Shown: positions 19,729 through 28,426 of the stretch, piece after piece
How the letters are laid out: each line of letters opens with the position of its first letter
Numbering within the stretch: position 1 is the first letter of the stretch
IMG/VR virus record: IMGVR_UViG_3300037502_003770
Span: 53,643-117,642 of that record
Reading direction: 5' to 3' (one strand)
Length of the DNA stretch: 64,000 bases
Source: a virus
Notes under the pieces: model-generated
What the model was told of the DNA's origin: nothing
What the model saw: the letters and a program-made list of their open reading frames with translations, nothing else
The model's database searches: none
Program-made: the position numbers and the translations under genes

Positions 19729-20520
19729 ATGATTACTTACAAAAAAGAAGAACTTATTTTATCAGTAAATGACCTTTCTGTAAAGTATGGTGATAAACAA
19801 ATATTAAAAGATATTTCTTTTGATATTCATAATATTACAAGACCAAATCTTACTCAAGGACAAATCATATCTATTTGTGGTAGAAGTGGTTGTGGTAAAA
19901 CATCTTTATTTAAAACTATATCAGGTTTTTTAAAACCAACAACAGGAACTATAAAAATAGGTGTTGAACAAAAAGATGTAATTATGGGTGAGGTTGGTGT
20001 TATTCAACAAGATTATCCTTTATTTAATCATAGAACTGTTTATGAAAATCTTTCTCTTAGTTTAAAAAACGTTAAGACAGATAACGAAAAGAAAGAAAAA
20101 ATACATCATTATTGCGATTTATTTAATCTTTTGGAACATTTAAATAAATACCCTTCACAACTATCAGGTGGTCAAAGACAAAGAGTATCTATATTACAAC
20201 AGGTATTAACTGAAAATAAGTTTATTCTTATGGATGAACCATTTTCAGGATTAGATGTTTTAATGAAAGATAAAGTTATTGAACTTATGTTAAAGGTTTC
20301 AAATCTTGATGAAATGAATACTTTAATAATAGTTTCTCATGATATTGAATCATCTTGCGCTATTTCTGATACTGTACATATTTTAGCAAATAAAGATAAT
20401 ACAGGCTCTACAGTTGTTAAATCATATGACTTTCTAAAAGAAAATCTTGCTTATAGAAAAGATATTAAAGATGATTATAATTTCAAAAGAATTATTAATG
20501 AAATAAAAAGTTTAATCTAA
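19729..20520 (+). CDS. ABC transporter ATP-binding protein (SsuB/TauB-like)
   Basis: Walker A GRSGCGKTSL, signature LSGGQRQRVSI, Walker B ILMDEPFSGLD, H-loop IVSHD. Confidence 0.9.
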   Translation: MITYKKEELILSVNDLSVKYGDKQILKDISFDIHNITRPNLTQGQIISICGRSGCGKTSLFKTISGFLKPTTGTIKIGVEQKDVIMGEVGVIQQDYPLFNHRTVYENLSLSLKNVKTDNEKKEKIHHYCDLFNLLEHLNKYPSQLSGGQRQRVSILQQVLTENKFILMDEPFSGLDVLMKDKVIELMLKVSNLDEMNTLIIVSHDIESSCAISDTVHILANKDNTGSTVVKSYDFLKENLAYRKDIKDDYNFKRIINEIKSLI

Positions 20521-20717
20521 TGCAGATACTTATTTATTTAGAAAGGCATTCAAAATATTTTGAATATTATTATGATAATTCTTTTGAAGAAAGTTTAGTA
20601 TTTGAAATTAGAACATCTTTTTCGTTTGAATTTGTTAAAAATTTTATAATAGAAATATGGGAAAAAAATAATGATTCTTGGTATTATTATAATAAATTAA
20701 AATATTACGTATGTTAA
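20520..20717 (+). CDS. FamA-short protein
   Basis: MQILIYLERHSKYFEYYY...NKLKYYVC; TAATG overlap with the ATPase stop. Confidence 0.4.
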   Translation: MQILIYLERHSKYFEYYYDNSFEESLVFEIRTSFSFEFVKNFIIEIWEKNNDSWYYYNKLKYYVC

Positions 20718-20911
20718 ATATAGGTATTATTATTTTAAATAATGATTTTCGTTATTATGAATATTTTATTGGTATATTTGTTTTTGAAATTGATAATTTT
20801 GTTTTTTCTGAAACTTTTGAAATTGGTTATCATATTAGACTAGAAAGTTTAAGAAAAAACGGTAAGCGTTATTTTATTGCAAATGTTTTTAATTTAAAAT
20901 ATTACTTATGA
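20711..20911 (+). CDS. FamA-short protein
   Basis: ...ILNNDFRYYEYF...NVFNLKYYL. Confidence 0.45.
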   Translation: MLNIGIIILNNDFRYYEYFIGIFVFEIDNFVFSETFEIGYHIRLESLRKNGKRYFIANVFNLKYYL

Positions 20912-21108
20912 TAAGAATAAATTTTAATAATGGTCTTTATGAAGAATGGTTACATAATTGTAATATATATACTTTTGTTACTTTAGTGTATTATTTTGAA
21001 TGTGTAAGCTTTTTAAATTCAAGTTTTCAAATTAATGAATTAAAATTTAAAGGGAATTATTTTTATTATAAAAATATTAATCTTCTTAATTTAAAATATT
21101 ACTTATGA
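20908..21108 (+). CDS. FamA-short protein
   Basis: MIRINFNNGLYEEW...NINLLNLKYYL; ATGA overlap. Confidence 0.45.
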   Translation: MIRINFNNGLYEEWLHNCNIYTFVTLVYYFECVSFLNSSFQINELKFKGNYFYYKNINLLNLKYYL

Positions 21109-21323
21109 TTCATATTTTTTCTCTTAATAAAAACATTTTTTATTCAGAAAAATTTATATTTAATGCTGATGTATTTCTTGTTCGTTTAAATATTAATAAT
21201 TATGTTGAAAGTATTATGTTTGATTATAATTTTATTCTATTAGAAATGGAATATTCGATGTTTATAGAAATTAATAAACTTCTTAAATTAAAATATTATT
21301 TAAGTTATTACTTATGGCTGTAA
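21105..21323 (+). CDS. FamA-short protein
   Basis: MIHIFSLNKNIFYSEKF...INKLLKLKYYL; ATGA overlap. Confidence 0.45.
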   Translation: MIHIFSLNKNIFYSEKFIFNADVFLVRLNINNYVESIMFDYNFILLEMEYSMFIEINKLLKLKYYLSYYLWL

Positions 21324-21523
21324 ATATATATTTAACAAATTCTTCTTATAGGGAAAGACAACATGAATATTATATTAGTAATATATTTCATAATGAAAAT
21401 ACTATTTTCAGTTCGATATATTCTTTACAATTAGCATCTTTAATAAAAAATAAAATCTTTTATTATTCAATAGTACAAAAATATAATACTGTTTTAAAAT
21501 TAAAATATTATTTATGGGAATAA
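21314..21523 (+). CDS. FamA-short protein (divergent N-terminus)
   Basis: ...NTVLKLKYYLWE. Confidence 0.4.
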   Translation: MAVNIYLTNSSYRERQHEYYISNIFHNENTIFSSIYSLQLASLIKNKIFYYSIVQKYNTVLKLKYYLWE

Positions 21524-21744
21524 AAATTTGTTTTAACAATACTACATGGAATTTTTATATTGAATTTTTTTCTTATAAAGAGTGTATTTTCACTATTAAA
21601 ATTTTATCTAATTTAATAACATCTACATTAATTGGAAATAAATTACAAGATGTTGTTTTAAAAATAAAAAATAATACACTATTAACAACTGATTCCATTA
21701 AAAACGTTACCACTAATGTTCTTAATTTAAAATTTTATATATGA
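21514..21744 (+). CDS. FamA-short protein (divergent)
   Basis: ...NVLNLKFYI. Confidence 0.4.
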   Translation: MGIKICFNNTTWNFYIEFFSYKECIFTIKILSNLITSTLIGNKLQDVVLKIKNNTLLTTDSIKNVTTNVLNLKFYI

Positions 21745-21956
21745 TAATAAGTATTAAAATTTCTAATAATAATTTTTCTTATGACGAAAATATTTCCAGT
21801 ATTTATGATAATACTATAATAACTAACTTATGGATTTTTAAATGTTTTGAAGATAGAATTTTTATTAACACAATAAATCAAATAATAGAAATGATTTACT
21901 ATATTACAATTAATAATTTCACAGTATACAGTAATAATAAATATTATAAAACTTAA
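21741..21956 (+). CDS. FamA-short protein (divergent, no KYY tail)
   Basis: MIISIKISNNNFSYDEN...; ATGA overlap. Confidence 0.35.
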   Translation: MIISIKISNNNFSYDENISSIYDNTIITNLWIFKCFEDRIFINTINQIIEMIYYITINNFTVYSNNKYYKT

Positions 21957-21965
21957 AGAACTAAA

Positions 21966-22193
21966 ATGAGAATAAATATTAAAATAAAAACATATTTCTT
22001 TAAATATGAAGAATTTAATTTAGTAGATGAAAATATGATAACTCATCTAGACCTTTCAAATATCTTTTATTTTGAAAGAAGTTATTTTTCTTTAAATGTA
22101 GATAATTATAAAATATATGCAATTTATAAAAATAGATTTCTTTATTTTGAAAATCGTGATGTTAATTTACTTAAATTAAAATATTATCTATGA
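21966..22193 (+). CDS. FamA-short protein
   Basis: MRINIKIKTYFFKYEEFNL...VNLLKLKYYL. Confidence 0.45.
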   Translation: MRINIKIKTYFFKYEEFNLVDENMITHLDLSNIFYFERSYFSLNVDNYKIYAIYKNRFLYFENRDVNLLKLKYYL

Positions 22194-22402
22194 GATTACA
22201 AATTGTTTTTAATTTTGGAGGTTATTATAGTGAACTTGATAAATATGTAATTGTTTACATTTATCCAAAATATTATGATATTTATTTTAATGATGTATTT
22301 TATTATATTGATTCAAATATAAAATTAATAGAAGTAAGGCATTTAAACAGCAAAAAATATTCTCGTGAATATAAAGATTTCATTTTAAAATACTATACAT
22401 AA
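22190..22402 (+). CDS. FamA-short protein
   Basis: MRLQIVFNFGGYYSELD...FILKYYT; ATGA overlap. Confidence 0.4.
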   Translation: MRLQIVFNFGGYYSELDKYVIVYIYPKYYDIYFNDVFYYIDSNIKLIEVRHLNSKKYSREYKDFILKYYT

Positions 22403-22612
22403 TGAAGATAGAAATTAAATCAACATATTTTACGTATTATGAAAGACTTGGTTATGATGTTCAAAATTATTTTTCTTTAAATTTAGATTGGATTTTTTTT
22501 AGAAGATATAGATTTATATAAAAATGAATTTATTATGAATTTTGTAGGTTTTGGTCAAAAATGTTTTTATTCAAAAAATAGTAATTTACTTAAATTAAAA
22601 TATTATATATAA
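22402..22612 (+). pseudogene. FamA-short gene frameshifted at a T9 homopolymer
   Basis: Frame a: MKIEIKSTYFTYYERLGYDVQNYFSLNLDWIFF... Frame b after GATTTTTTTTTAG: ...FFLEDIDLYKNEFIMNFVGFGQKCFYSKNSNLLKLKYYI ending at 22610-22612. Confidence 0.45.
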
Positions 22613-24000
22613 AATATTAAATTCTTTCAAAGACAAAAGTTTTCACCTTGCTTTTCTCTGAACTTAACTGAAAAACTTTATAAGAATGCAAACATTCTTC
22701 AATAGAAACTCTATATTTCAATTTAGAGTTTTTTATTTTAAGAGAAATTTCTTTCCAATCTGTACATTTAATAAAAGTTTCCTTCCAACGGTCTTTTATT
22801 AACAAATTGGGATAAAAATTTCCCTTATTTCTTTTAATTATACATTCAATTCCTCTGCGTACAATTTCTATTGAGGCATTAATAGCATCAGTATAATCAT
22901 GTTGCAAATTGCCTATAATAGACGAATACGCAGGATTAATTCTGTATAATTTAATATCTTCTATGAATAACCTTTTACTTAAATTTTCAAAAAACAGATT
23001 CCTTTTCCAAAGGTCATTATTTTTTCTGTTATATGTTTTTCCCTTACCAGCGTCTTTTTGTTTAAATGATAAATCTTCAATAAAAACTGCTTTACACTTA
23101 TAATATTTTGCAAGTAATGAAATCTTTTTTGAAATTTCAATTACTTCATGTTTAATTTTATTCTGAAAGTACTTTGCTTTTTCAGAATCAGTAGATAGTT
23201 TTAAAGAAATAAATTTATCAGTTAATTCCTTTAAAGAAAACTCTTGACAATGAATAATTTTATCATCTTCCATTATAGATATACCTATATTATTGGGATT
23301 CATATCTATTCCTAGATACCTTTCTTTTGAAGGAAATTTCTTTTCTTCATATTTAAATTCTTCAAAAGATATATAAATATATTTTAAGTCAAGTTTTACA
23401 CAAAATTTATATCCTTTCTCACCAAACTTTATATCATTTAATTCTTGAAGTTTAAATAATTCTTTTTTAATATTCTTTCTTAAAGAAGGAAGGTATAAAG
23501 GTATATGCACATATTTATTTACTTTAAATATAATTTGATTATTATCAATTATATCTAAATTAAAATAAGAATTTCCTTTATTATTAGTTATTCCTTGACA
23601 CGTAATAGGTGAAAGTTTATTTATTTTAAATTCATCTTTACTTATTTTAGCTTTACACCTTTCATAAAAATTATTCTTTCCTCCGAAAATAACCTTTTCA
23701 TTTTGAAATCTTGTATAAACATCTTTTCCTTCTAAAATAGCATACTCTATTAGTTTAGAATTAAGTTTATTTATATTATTTAAATTAGAAAGTAAAAATT
23801 TTATTTTCTTAATATCAGATATCCCTTCAAAATATCTATTATAGGAGTACCTTACTACAGAGGAGAATTGTTTCATCAAAGAATGAATTTCTTTTAATGA
23901 AGTATCATCTGTAGTGTAAGGCATTTTAATAGTTTTCAAAAGTCTTTAATGTTTATTATAAATAGTAAAAATAAATATAATTTTTTTAACAAATCATTTT
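22598..24000 (-). mobile_element. tnpB-like-only IS element, copy 2, immediately 5' of tRNA-Met
   Basis: Shared 3' flank TAAAATATTAAAT; shared left end at 23951-23980. Confidence 0.55.
22617..23939 (-). CDS. TnpB-like RuvC nuclease paralog 2 (no zinc-finger insertion)
   Basis: 440 aa, near-identical to copies 1 and 3; GIDMNPNNIG, AVFIEDLSF, INPAYSSIIGNLQHDYTDAINASIEI. Confidence 0.75.
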   Translation of the reverse strand: MKTIKMPYTTDDTSLKEIHSLMKQFSSVVRYSYNRYFEGISDIKKIKFLLSNLNNINKLNSKLIEYAILEGKDVYTRFQNEKVIFGGKNNFYERCKAKISKDEFKINKLSPITCQGITNNKGNSYFNLDIIDNNQIIFKVNKYVHIPLYLPSLRKNIKKELFKLQELNDIKFGEKGYKFCVKLDLKYIYISFEEFKYEEKKFPSKERYLGIDMNPNNIGISIMEDDKIIHCQEFSLKELTDKFISLKLSTDSEKAKYFQNKIKHEVIEISKKISLLAKYYKCKAVFIEDLSFKQKDAGKGKTYNRKNNDLWKRNLFFENLSKRLFIEDIKLYRINPAYSSIIGNLQHDYTDAINASIEIVRRGIECIIKRNKGNFYPNLLIKDRWKETFIKCTDWKEISLKIKNSKLKYRVSIEECLHSYKVFQLSSEKSKVKTFVFERI

Positions 24001-24029
24001 AAATCAAGTATTATATAAACAAACACAAT

Positions 24030-24103
24030 GGACCTATAGCGCAACTGGTCAGAGCAGCTGACTCATAATCAGCAGGTTTCAGGTTCAAATCCTGATAGGT
24101 CCA
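24030..24103 (+). tRNA. tRNA-Met (anticodon CAT; could also be initiator or tRNA-Ile2 type)
   Basis: Acceptor ggaccta/taggtcc; anticodon stem gctga/tcagc with loop ctCATaa; T-arm tcagg-ttcaaat-cctga; D-loop with GG; no encoded CCA. Confidence 0.8.
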
Positions 24104-24121
24104 CTTTAAAATTTTATAAAA

Positions 24122-24727
24122 ATGGTGTTAATATCAAGTAAAGTTATTTCTGTAACAGAAAGTAATTGGCAAGAACTAAAACCAAAATTAGTTTTAGAAT
24201 TAAAAAATATTATAACTACTTGGGAAATCAAGAGATTAATACAAGCAGACAGTTTTAACAAATTTTTTGATGTTTTATATAGTAATTATGTACCATTAAA
24301 ATTTGAATATGCAAGTATTATTGAAATTGAAAATATGAAACAATCTAAATATAAAGAATCAGAATTTATTATTTGGTTGTTAGAAACTTATTGTTTAAAA
24401 ATTGAAAATTATAGTTTATCTAAATTAAGTAGTAATAATGAACTTACTGAACAAGTAATTAAATTACATAAAGATTTAATAGCAGGTAAATTTGATGAAT
24501 TTAAATGGAAATCTCTTCGTAATAGTACTGGTTTTTGTAAAAAACCAATAAATATTGTTGAATATATTTGTTATTGCTCACTTAATACTGATGATTTTTA
24601 TTTTATTAGTATAAACCATGTTATACGTCTTTTTTTCCATTATTTAGATGAAGACCGTAGTATTGGTGATAGTATTGCAGACACAATTGCACAAGAAATT
24701 ACTAACAAACTAATAACCTTTTTATAA
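24122..24727 (+). CDS. hypothetical protein
   Basis: 201-aa ORF; no domain. Confidence 0.45.
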   Translation: MVLISSKVISVTESNWQELKPKLVLELKNIITTWEIKRLIQADSFNKFFDVLYSNYVPLKFEYASIIEIENMKQSKYKESEFIIWLLETYCLKIENYSLSKLSSNNELTEQVIKLHKDLIAGKFDEFKWKSLRNSTGFCKKPINIVEYICYCSLNTDDFYFISINHVIRLFFHYLDEDRSIGDSIADTIAQEITNKLITFL

Positions 24728-24731
24728 AAAA

Positions 24732-24980
24732 ATGAACTCTATTTTAATAAAAGGAATTTATACTGAGTATGATGATATTTTTTTAATAGAATATCATTTT
24801 AAAAAATTTAAAGTTTCATTAAAAAATGATAGTTTTCATCTAACTTTAAAACTAGGTTCATTCACTAAACTTTATATTGAAGATAGTTTTAAACAAGTAC
24901 ATAGATTTTTTAAATTAACAGAAAAAGAATTACGAGAACTAGTTAAAACAATAACATTAACATCTTTTAAACAAAAATAA
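24732..24980 (+). CDS. small hypothetical protein
   Basis: 82-aa ORF, tightly linked to the AAA ATPase (ATGA overlap at 24980). Confidence 0.4.
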   Translation: MNSILIKGIYTEYDDIFLIEYHFKKFKVSLKNDSFHLTLKLGSFTKLYIEDSFKQVHRFFKLTEKELRELVKTITLTSFKQK

Positions 24981-26119
24981 TGGAAAATAGAAATCAAAAA
25001 TGGGTCATTGATGATAATCAAGCTATGTGCTTTAATGGTTCTATCGTTAAGGATAGTTTACCTAAAGCGGTATATCTTTTAAAATATGAAAAGATGATAG
25101 GTATGTTTTTAGAAAAAGTATCTGATAATTTTATATTTAACCATGAATTATATAATAGTGGTTCTGATAGAATTATTAAAAGATGCGTTAATTCTTGGAA
25201 TAAATCAGAAACAAACTTAGGTATTCTTTTTAATGGTCTTAAAGGTTCAGGTAAAAGCGTTACTGCAAAACTTATTTGTAATGAAATTAATTTACCTGTT
25301 ATATTAATAAATAAAAATATAGGTGATATTTCTGAATATATCAATAATATACAGCAAGATATTATTATTTTTATAGATGAATTTGAAAAGATATTTCCTT
25401 ATCAAATGCACAGTAGAAATAATGAAGATGATAAAGCTAATAAAGATAGTAATATGTTACTTTCTTTAATGGATGGTGCATTTACTTCTGAATATAAAAG
25501 ATTATTTATTGCAACAACTAACACTCTTATAATAAACCCTTTTCTTTTAGAAAGACCTTCTCGTTTTAGATATACTTTTAATTTTACAAATGTTGATAAT
25601 ACAACATTAAATGAATTAATAGATAAATTATTAGTTAATAAAGAATTTGAAACGGATTTAATTGAAACAATTAATACATTAGAAAATTATTCAGTTGATA
25701 CTGTAATTTCTATTATTAAAGAAATGAATTTATATAATGAAAAAGCTAGTGATTTTATAGATTTCTTTAATGTTAAAAGAAAAGATAGTGAAACTTATGA
25801 TATATATGAAATGAATGATGATGGTACTTATGAGTTAGCTATTAATCATACAACATCACTTGATTATTTTTCAAAATCAAGAAACGATAATAAAAGAAAA
25901 GATATTATTTATGAAACTACTAAATTTGGTGGTTGGCTTTATGAAATTATTCATTACGAAAATGGTAATATAAAAGCTTATAAATATGAATACGATGAAG
26001 ATGATAATAATAACAGAATTAAAGATAATGATGGTAAAGATATTATCTTTAAGTTAAAAGCTGTTAAAAAATCAAATTACACTCGTTATAGTGGTGATAG
26101 TAGTACAGTAGCTTTTTAA
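24980..26119 (+). CDS. AAA-family ATPase (classic AAA domain)
   Basis: Walker A GLKGSGKSV, Walker B IIIFIDEFEKI, LLSLMDG, ATTNTLIINPFLLERPSRFRY (arginine-finger region). Confidence 0.8.
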   Translation: MENRNQKWVIDDNQAMCFNGSIVKDSLPKAVYLLKYEKMIGMFLEKVSDNFIFNHELYNSGSDRIIKRCVNSWNKSETNLGILFNGLKGSGKSVTAKLICNEINLPVILINKNIGDISEYINNIQQDIIIFIDEFEKIFPYQMHSRNNEDDKANKDSNMLLSLMDGAFTSEYKRLFIATTNTLIINPFLLERPSRFRYTFNFTNVDNTTLNELIDKLLVNKEFETDLIETINTLENYSVDTVISIIKEMNLYNEKASDFIDFFNVKRKDSETYDIYEMNDDGTYELAINHTTSLDYFSKSRNDNKRKDIIYETTKFGGWLYEIIHYENGNIKAYKYEYDEDDNNNRIKDNDGKDIIFKLKAVKKSNYTRYSGDSSTVAF

Positions 26120-26136
26120 ACAAAACAATTAATAAT

Positions 26137-26406
26137 ATGTTCGCAGAAGCAGGTAAAGGAAAAACTCACGATTTAGTTGAAAGTATAAATAAACTTTCTA
26201 ATAAAAAAGATAAGGAATTTTTAAAAGATAATATCCTTAAAAAAGGACTTCCTTTAAAAGTAAATTATTTTTCTATTAGTTTAGAAACTATTGAAGAACT
26301 TAAAGCTTCAAAAATGAAAATTGATTCTAAACAAGAATTAGTAACTGAATGGGATGGAAAAAAACCAGTTAAAGGATTTTTAACTTATCTTATTATAAGT
26401 AAGTAA
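26137..26406 (+). CDS. small hypothetical protein
   Basis: 89-aa ORF followed by a terminator. Confidence 0.4.
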   Translation: MFAEAGKGKTHDLVESINKLSNKKDKEFLKDNILKKGLPLKVNYFSISLETIEELKASKMKIDSKQELVTEWDGKKPVKGFLTYLIISK

Positions 26407-26414
26407 AATTATAA

Positions 26415-26447
26415 CCATAAGAATTAATTTTCTTATGGGTTTTTATT
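26415..26447 (+). terminator. intrinsic terminator
   Basis: ccataagaa/ttcttatgg 9-bp stem followed by a T-run. Confidence 0.6.
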
Positions 26448-26508
26448 TTAACAATATATCAAATATAATAGTATTATAATTGTTCTTAAACTTTAACATC
26501 TATAAAAA

Positions 26509-27657
26509 ATGGTTCTTTCTGAAATAACAACTTCTTTAATTAAAGAAAATTCTCTAATTGAGAATCCTGTTTCTGTTAATAAAATTGATTTATCAAAACA
26601 TAAATCAAAACAATATGAATTATATGATTCACTATTAAGTTCATTAATTGAAAATGATATAATCAACTTCAATATAATTGAACCAAAAAAAGGTTTATCA
26701 TATTTTAATTTATTTAAAAAGACCTTAAATAAATTAAGGGAAGAAAATAGATTAAACGCTTGTATTCCAAATTTAAAGATACAATTTAAATTTCTTTCTT
26801 GCAACGTAAATGATTTATATAATCTTTTAATAGAATTTGCTGATACAAATCTTTTGGTATCTCATCCAACATTATTAAAAGATTTCACACCTGAATTACT
26901 AAAAAAATATATTACATATTGCTTAGATAATTCTATCGTACATTCTATTGTTAGGATATTATATGTCTTTGACAATAAATTATCTCTTGATAAAGATTAT
27001 TATGAAGATGTTATTGTTAAACTTTTGGAAAGTAATTCCTTAATAAACAATTCTTCTCTTAGAGAAATACATCCTTTCTTATTAAAAAATAAATCTACAT
27101 ATACTAAACTATGTTATTTATTTTTAAATCAAGATAAAAATAATATTAAATATGTAATACCTCAATTAATATCTTCTAAAGAAGATTATCAATCATTAGT
27201 GGATAAATCTATTGAAGGAAGTTTTACTAAGTTTAATTTATCTTATGCTGATAAAAGATTCCTTTTAAAAGAAATAGATGTTACTTTAAGTAAGAATTAT
27301 TACTTTAATATAACTGTTCTAATAAATGATAAAAGGTATGTGGATAATTCATTTAATAATGATACAGGTTTAATACCTCATTTTGATAATAAAGTAAATA
27401 AACTAATGCTTTATCTTCATGATGTAAAAGAAAATAAAGTAATTAGTTCAGTAGATATTTTTAATACAGATGAACTCAAATCTGGGTATGACTGGTTTAA
27501 ATACTTGGATGCTTCAACCTTTGTTAAATTTGATAAAGCTCAAAATGAACTTGACCAAATGAAAAATAGAGCTTTAAAAGATAAAGAGAAAACCAAAGGG
27601 GGTATTCATGGTATTAAACGTGGTTCTAACGTTACCAAATCTAAAAAACGTAAATAA
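26509..27657 (+). CDS. hypothetical protein with basic C-terminal tail
   Basis: 382-aa ORF; C-terminus GGIHGIKRGSNVTKSKKRK. Confidence 0.5.
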   Translation: MVLSEITTSLIKENSLIENPVSVNKIDLSKHKSKQYELYDSLLSSLIENDIINFNIIEPKKGLSYFNLFKKTLNKLREENRLNACIPNLKIQFKFLSCNVNDLYNLLIEFADTNLLVSHPTLLKDFTPELLKKYITYCLDNSIVHSIVRILYVFDNKLSLDKDYYEDVIVKLLESNSLINNSSLREIHPFLLKNKSTYTKLCYLFLNQDKNNIKYVIPQLISSKEDYQSLVDKSIEGSFTKFNLSYADKRFLLKEIDVTLSKNYYFNITVLINDKRYVDNSFNNDTGLIPHFDNKVNKLMLYLHDVKENKVISSVDIFNTDELKSGYDWFKYLDASTFVKFDKAQNELDQMKNRALKDKEKTKGGIHGIKRGSNVTKSKKRK

Positions 27658-27673
27658 CTATTAACAACCTTCA

Positions 27674-27708
27674 AAACCGTTTTAACTTTGATTAGAACGG
27701 TTTTTTTA
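27674..27708 (+). terminator. intrinsic terminator
   Basis: aaaccgtt/aacggttt stem followed by TTTTTTT. Confidence 0.6.
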
Positions 27709-27721
27709 AAATAAAAACTTT

Positions 27722-28351
27722 ATGGTAAACAATTTTAAACAAGTTAAAAACATATTATCTTTTGAAGATAAAAATGATTTCTATTTAGTAGAAATTATTA
27801 AAAGAAAGAAAGATAATTCTCATGATTCTTCTTTTAAAAAGAATGAAAAACATATAAAAAGGTTTTATATTAATAATTTAGAAGATTTTGATGAGAAACA
27901 AAACTCAATAATAGAAACTTGTATTAGAAATAATGCAAGGGCGTATATCAAACTTAATAAACGCAATCATAAACATATAGCAAAAGTTATGAATGTAAAA
28001 CTCGCTGAAATTTTACTTCATGATAATAACGATGAATATAAAAGACTCGAAACTTTATATTCAAAAGTAACAGGAAAATATTTTGTAAATAATGATAAAA
28101 AGTTTATTATAGATTTAGATGAAAAAGACCTTCATTTAAAAGAAGAAATACTTACATATTTAAAAACTCATAATGACTTTAAATTTTCTTTACATAAAGA
28201 GGATTTAGTAATAGATACATTCCCATCAAATACTGGTCTTCATATTGTTACTAAAAAATTTAATTTAAATATATTTAAAAAGAAATATCCAAATATCGAT
28301 GTACATTCTGATAATATGGTCTTACTTTTCTTTAATAATCAACCTTTATAA
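27722..28351 (+). CDS. hypothetical protein
   Basis: 209-aa ORF; no domain. Confidence 0.45.
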   Translation: MVNNFKQVKNILSFEDKNDFYLVEIIKRKKDNSHDSSFKKNEKHIKRFYINNLEDFDEKQNSIIETCIRNNARAYIKLNKRNHKHIAKVMNVKLAEILLHDNNDEYKRLETLYSKVTGKYFVNNDKKFIIDLDEKDLHLKEEILTYLKTHNDFKFSLHKEDLVIDTFPSNTGLHIVTKKFNLNIFKKKYPNIDVHSDNMVLLFFNNQPL

Positions 28352-28355
28352 GAGA

Positions 28356-28426
28356 TAATTTTTTAACAAAAAAGAATCTTTCTTGTAATATAAATCAATT
28401 CAATGTTCAACTAAACAAAAAAAACA
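28356..28426 (+). promoter_or_regulatory. degenerate TPC cassette copy (leader type 1)
   Basis: ttttttaacaaaaaagaatctttcttgtaatataaatcaa...ctaaacaaaaaaaacaATG. Confidence 0.4.

Noticed and set aside
19274-22612. CRISPR array, because of the regular ~200-bp tandem periodicity
   Set aside because: Units are about 200 bp, protein-coding, and share only end motifs. There are no short identical direct repeats with unique spacers, and no cas genes.
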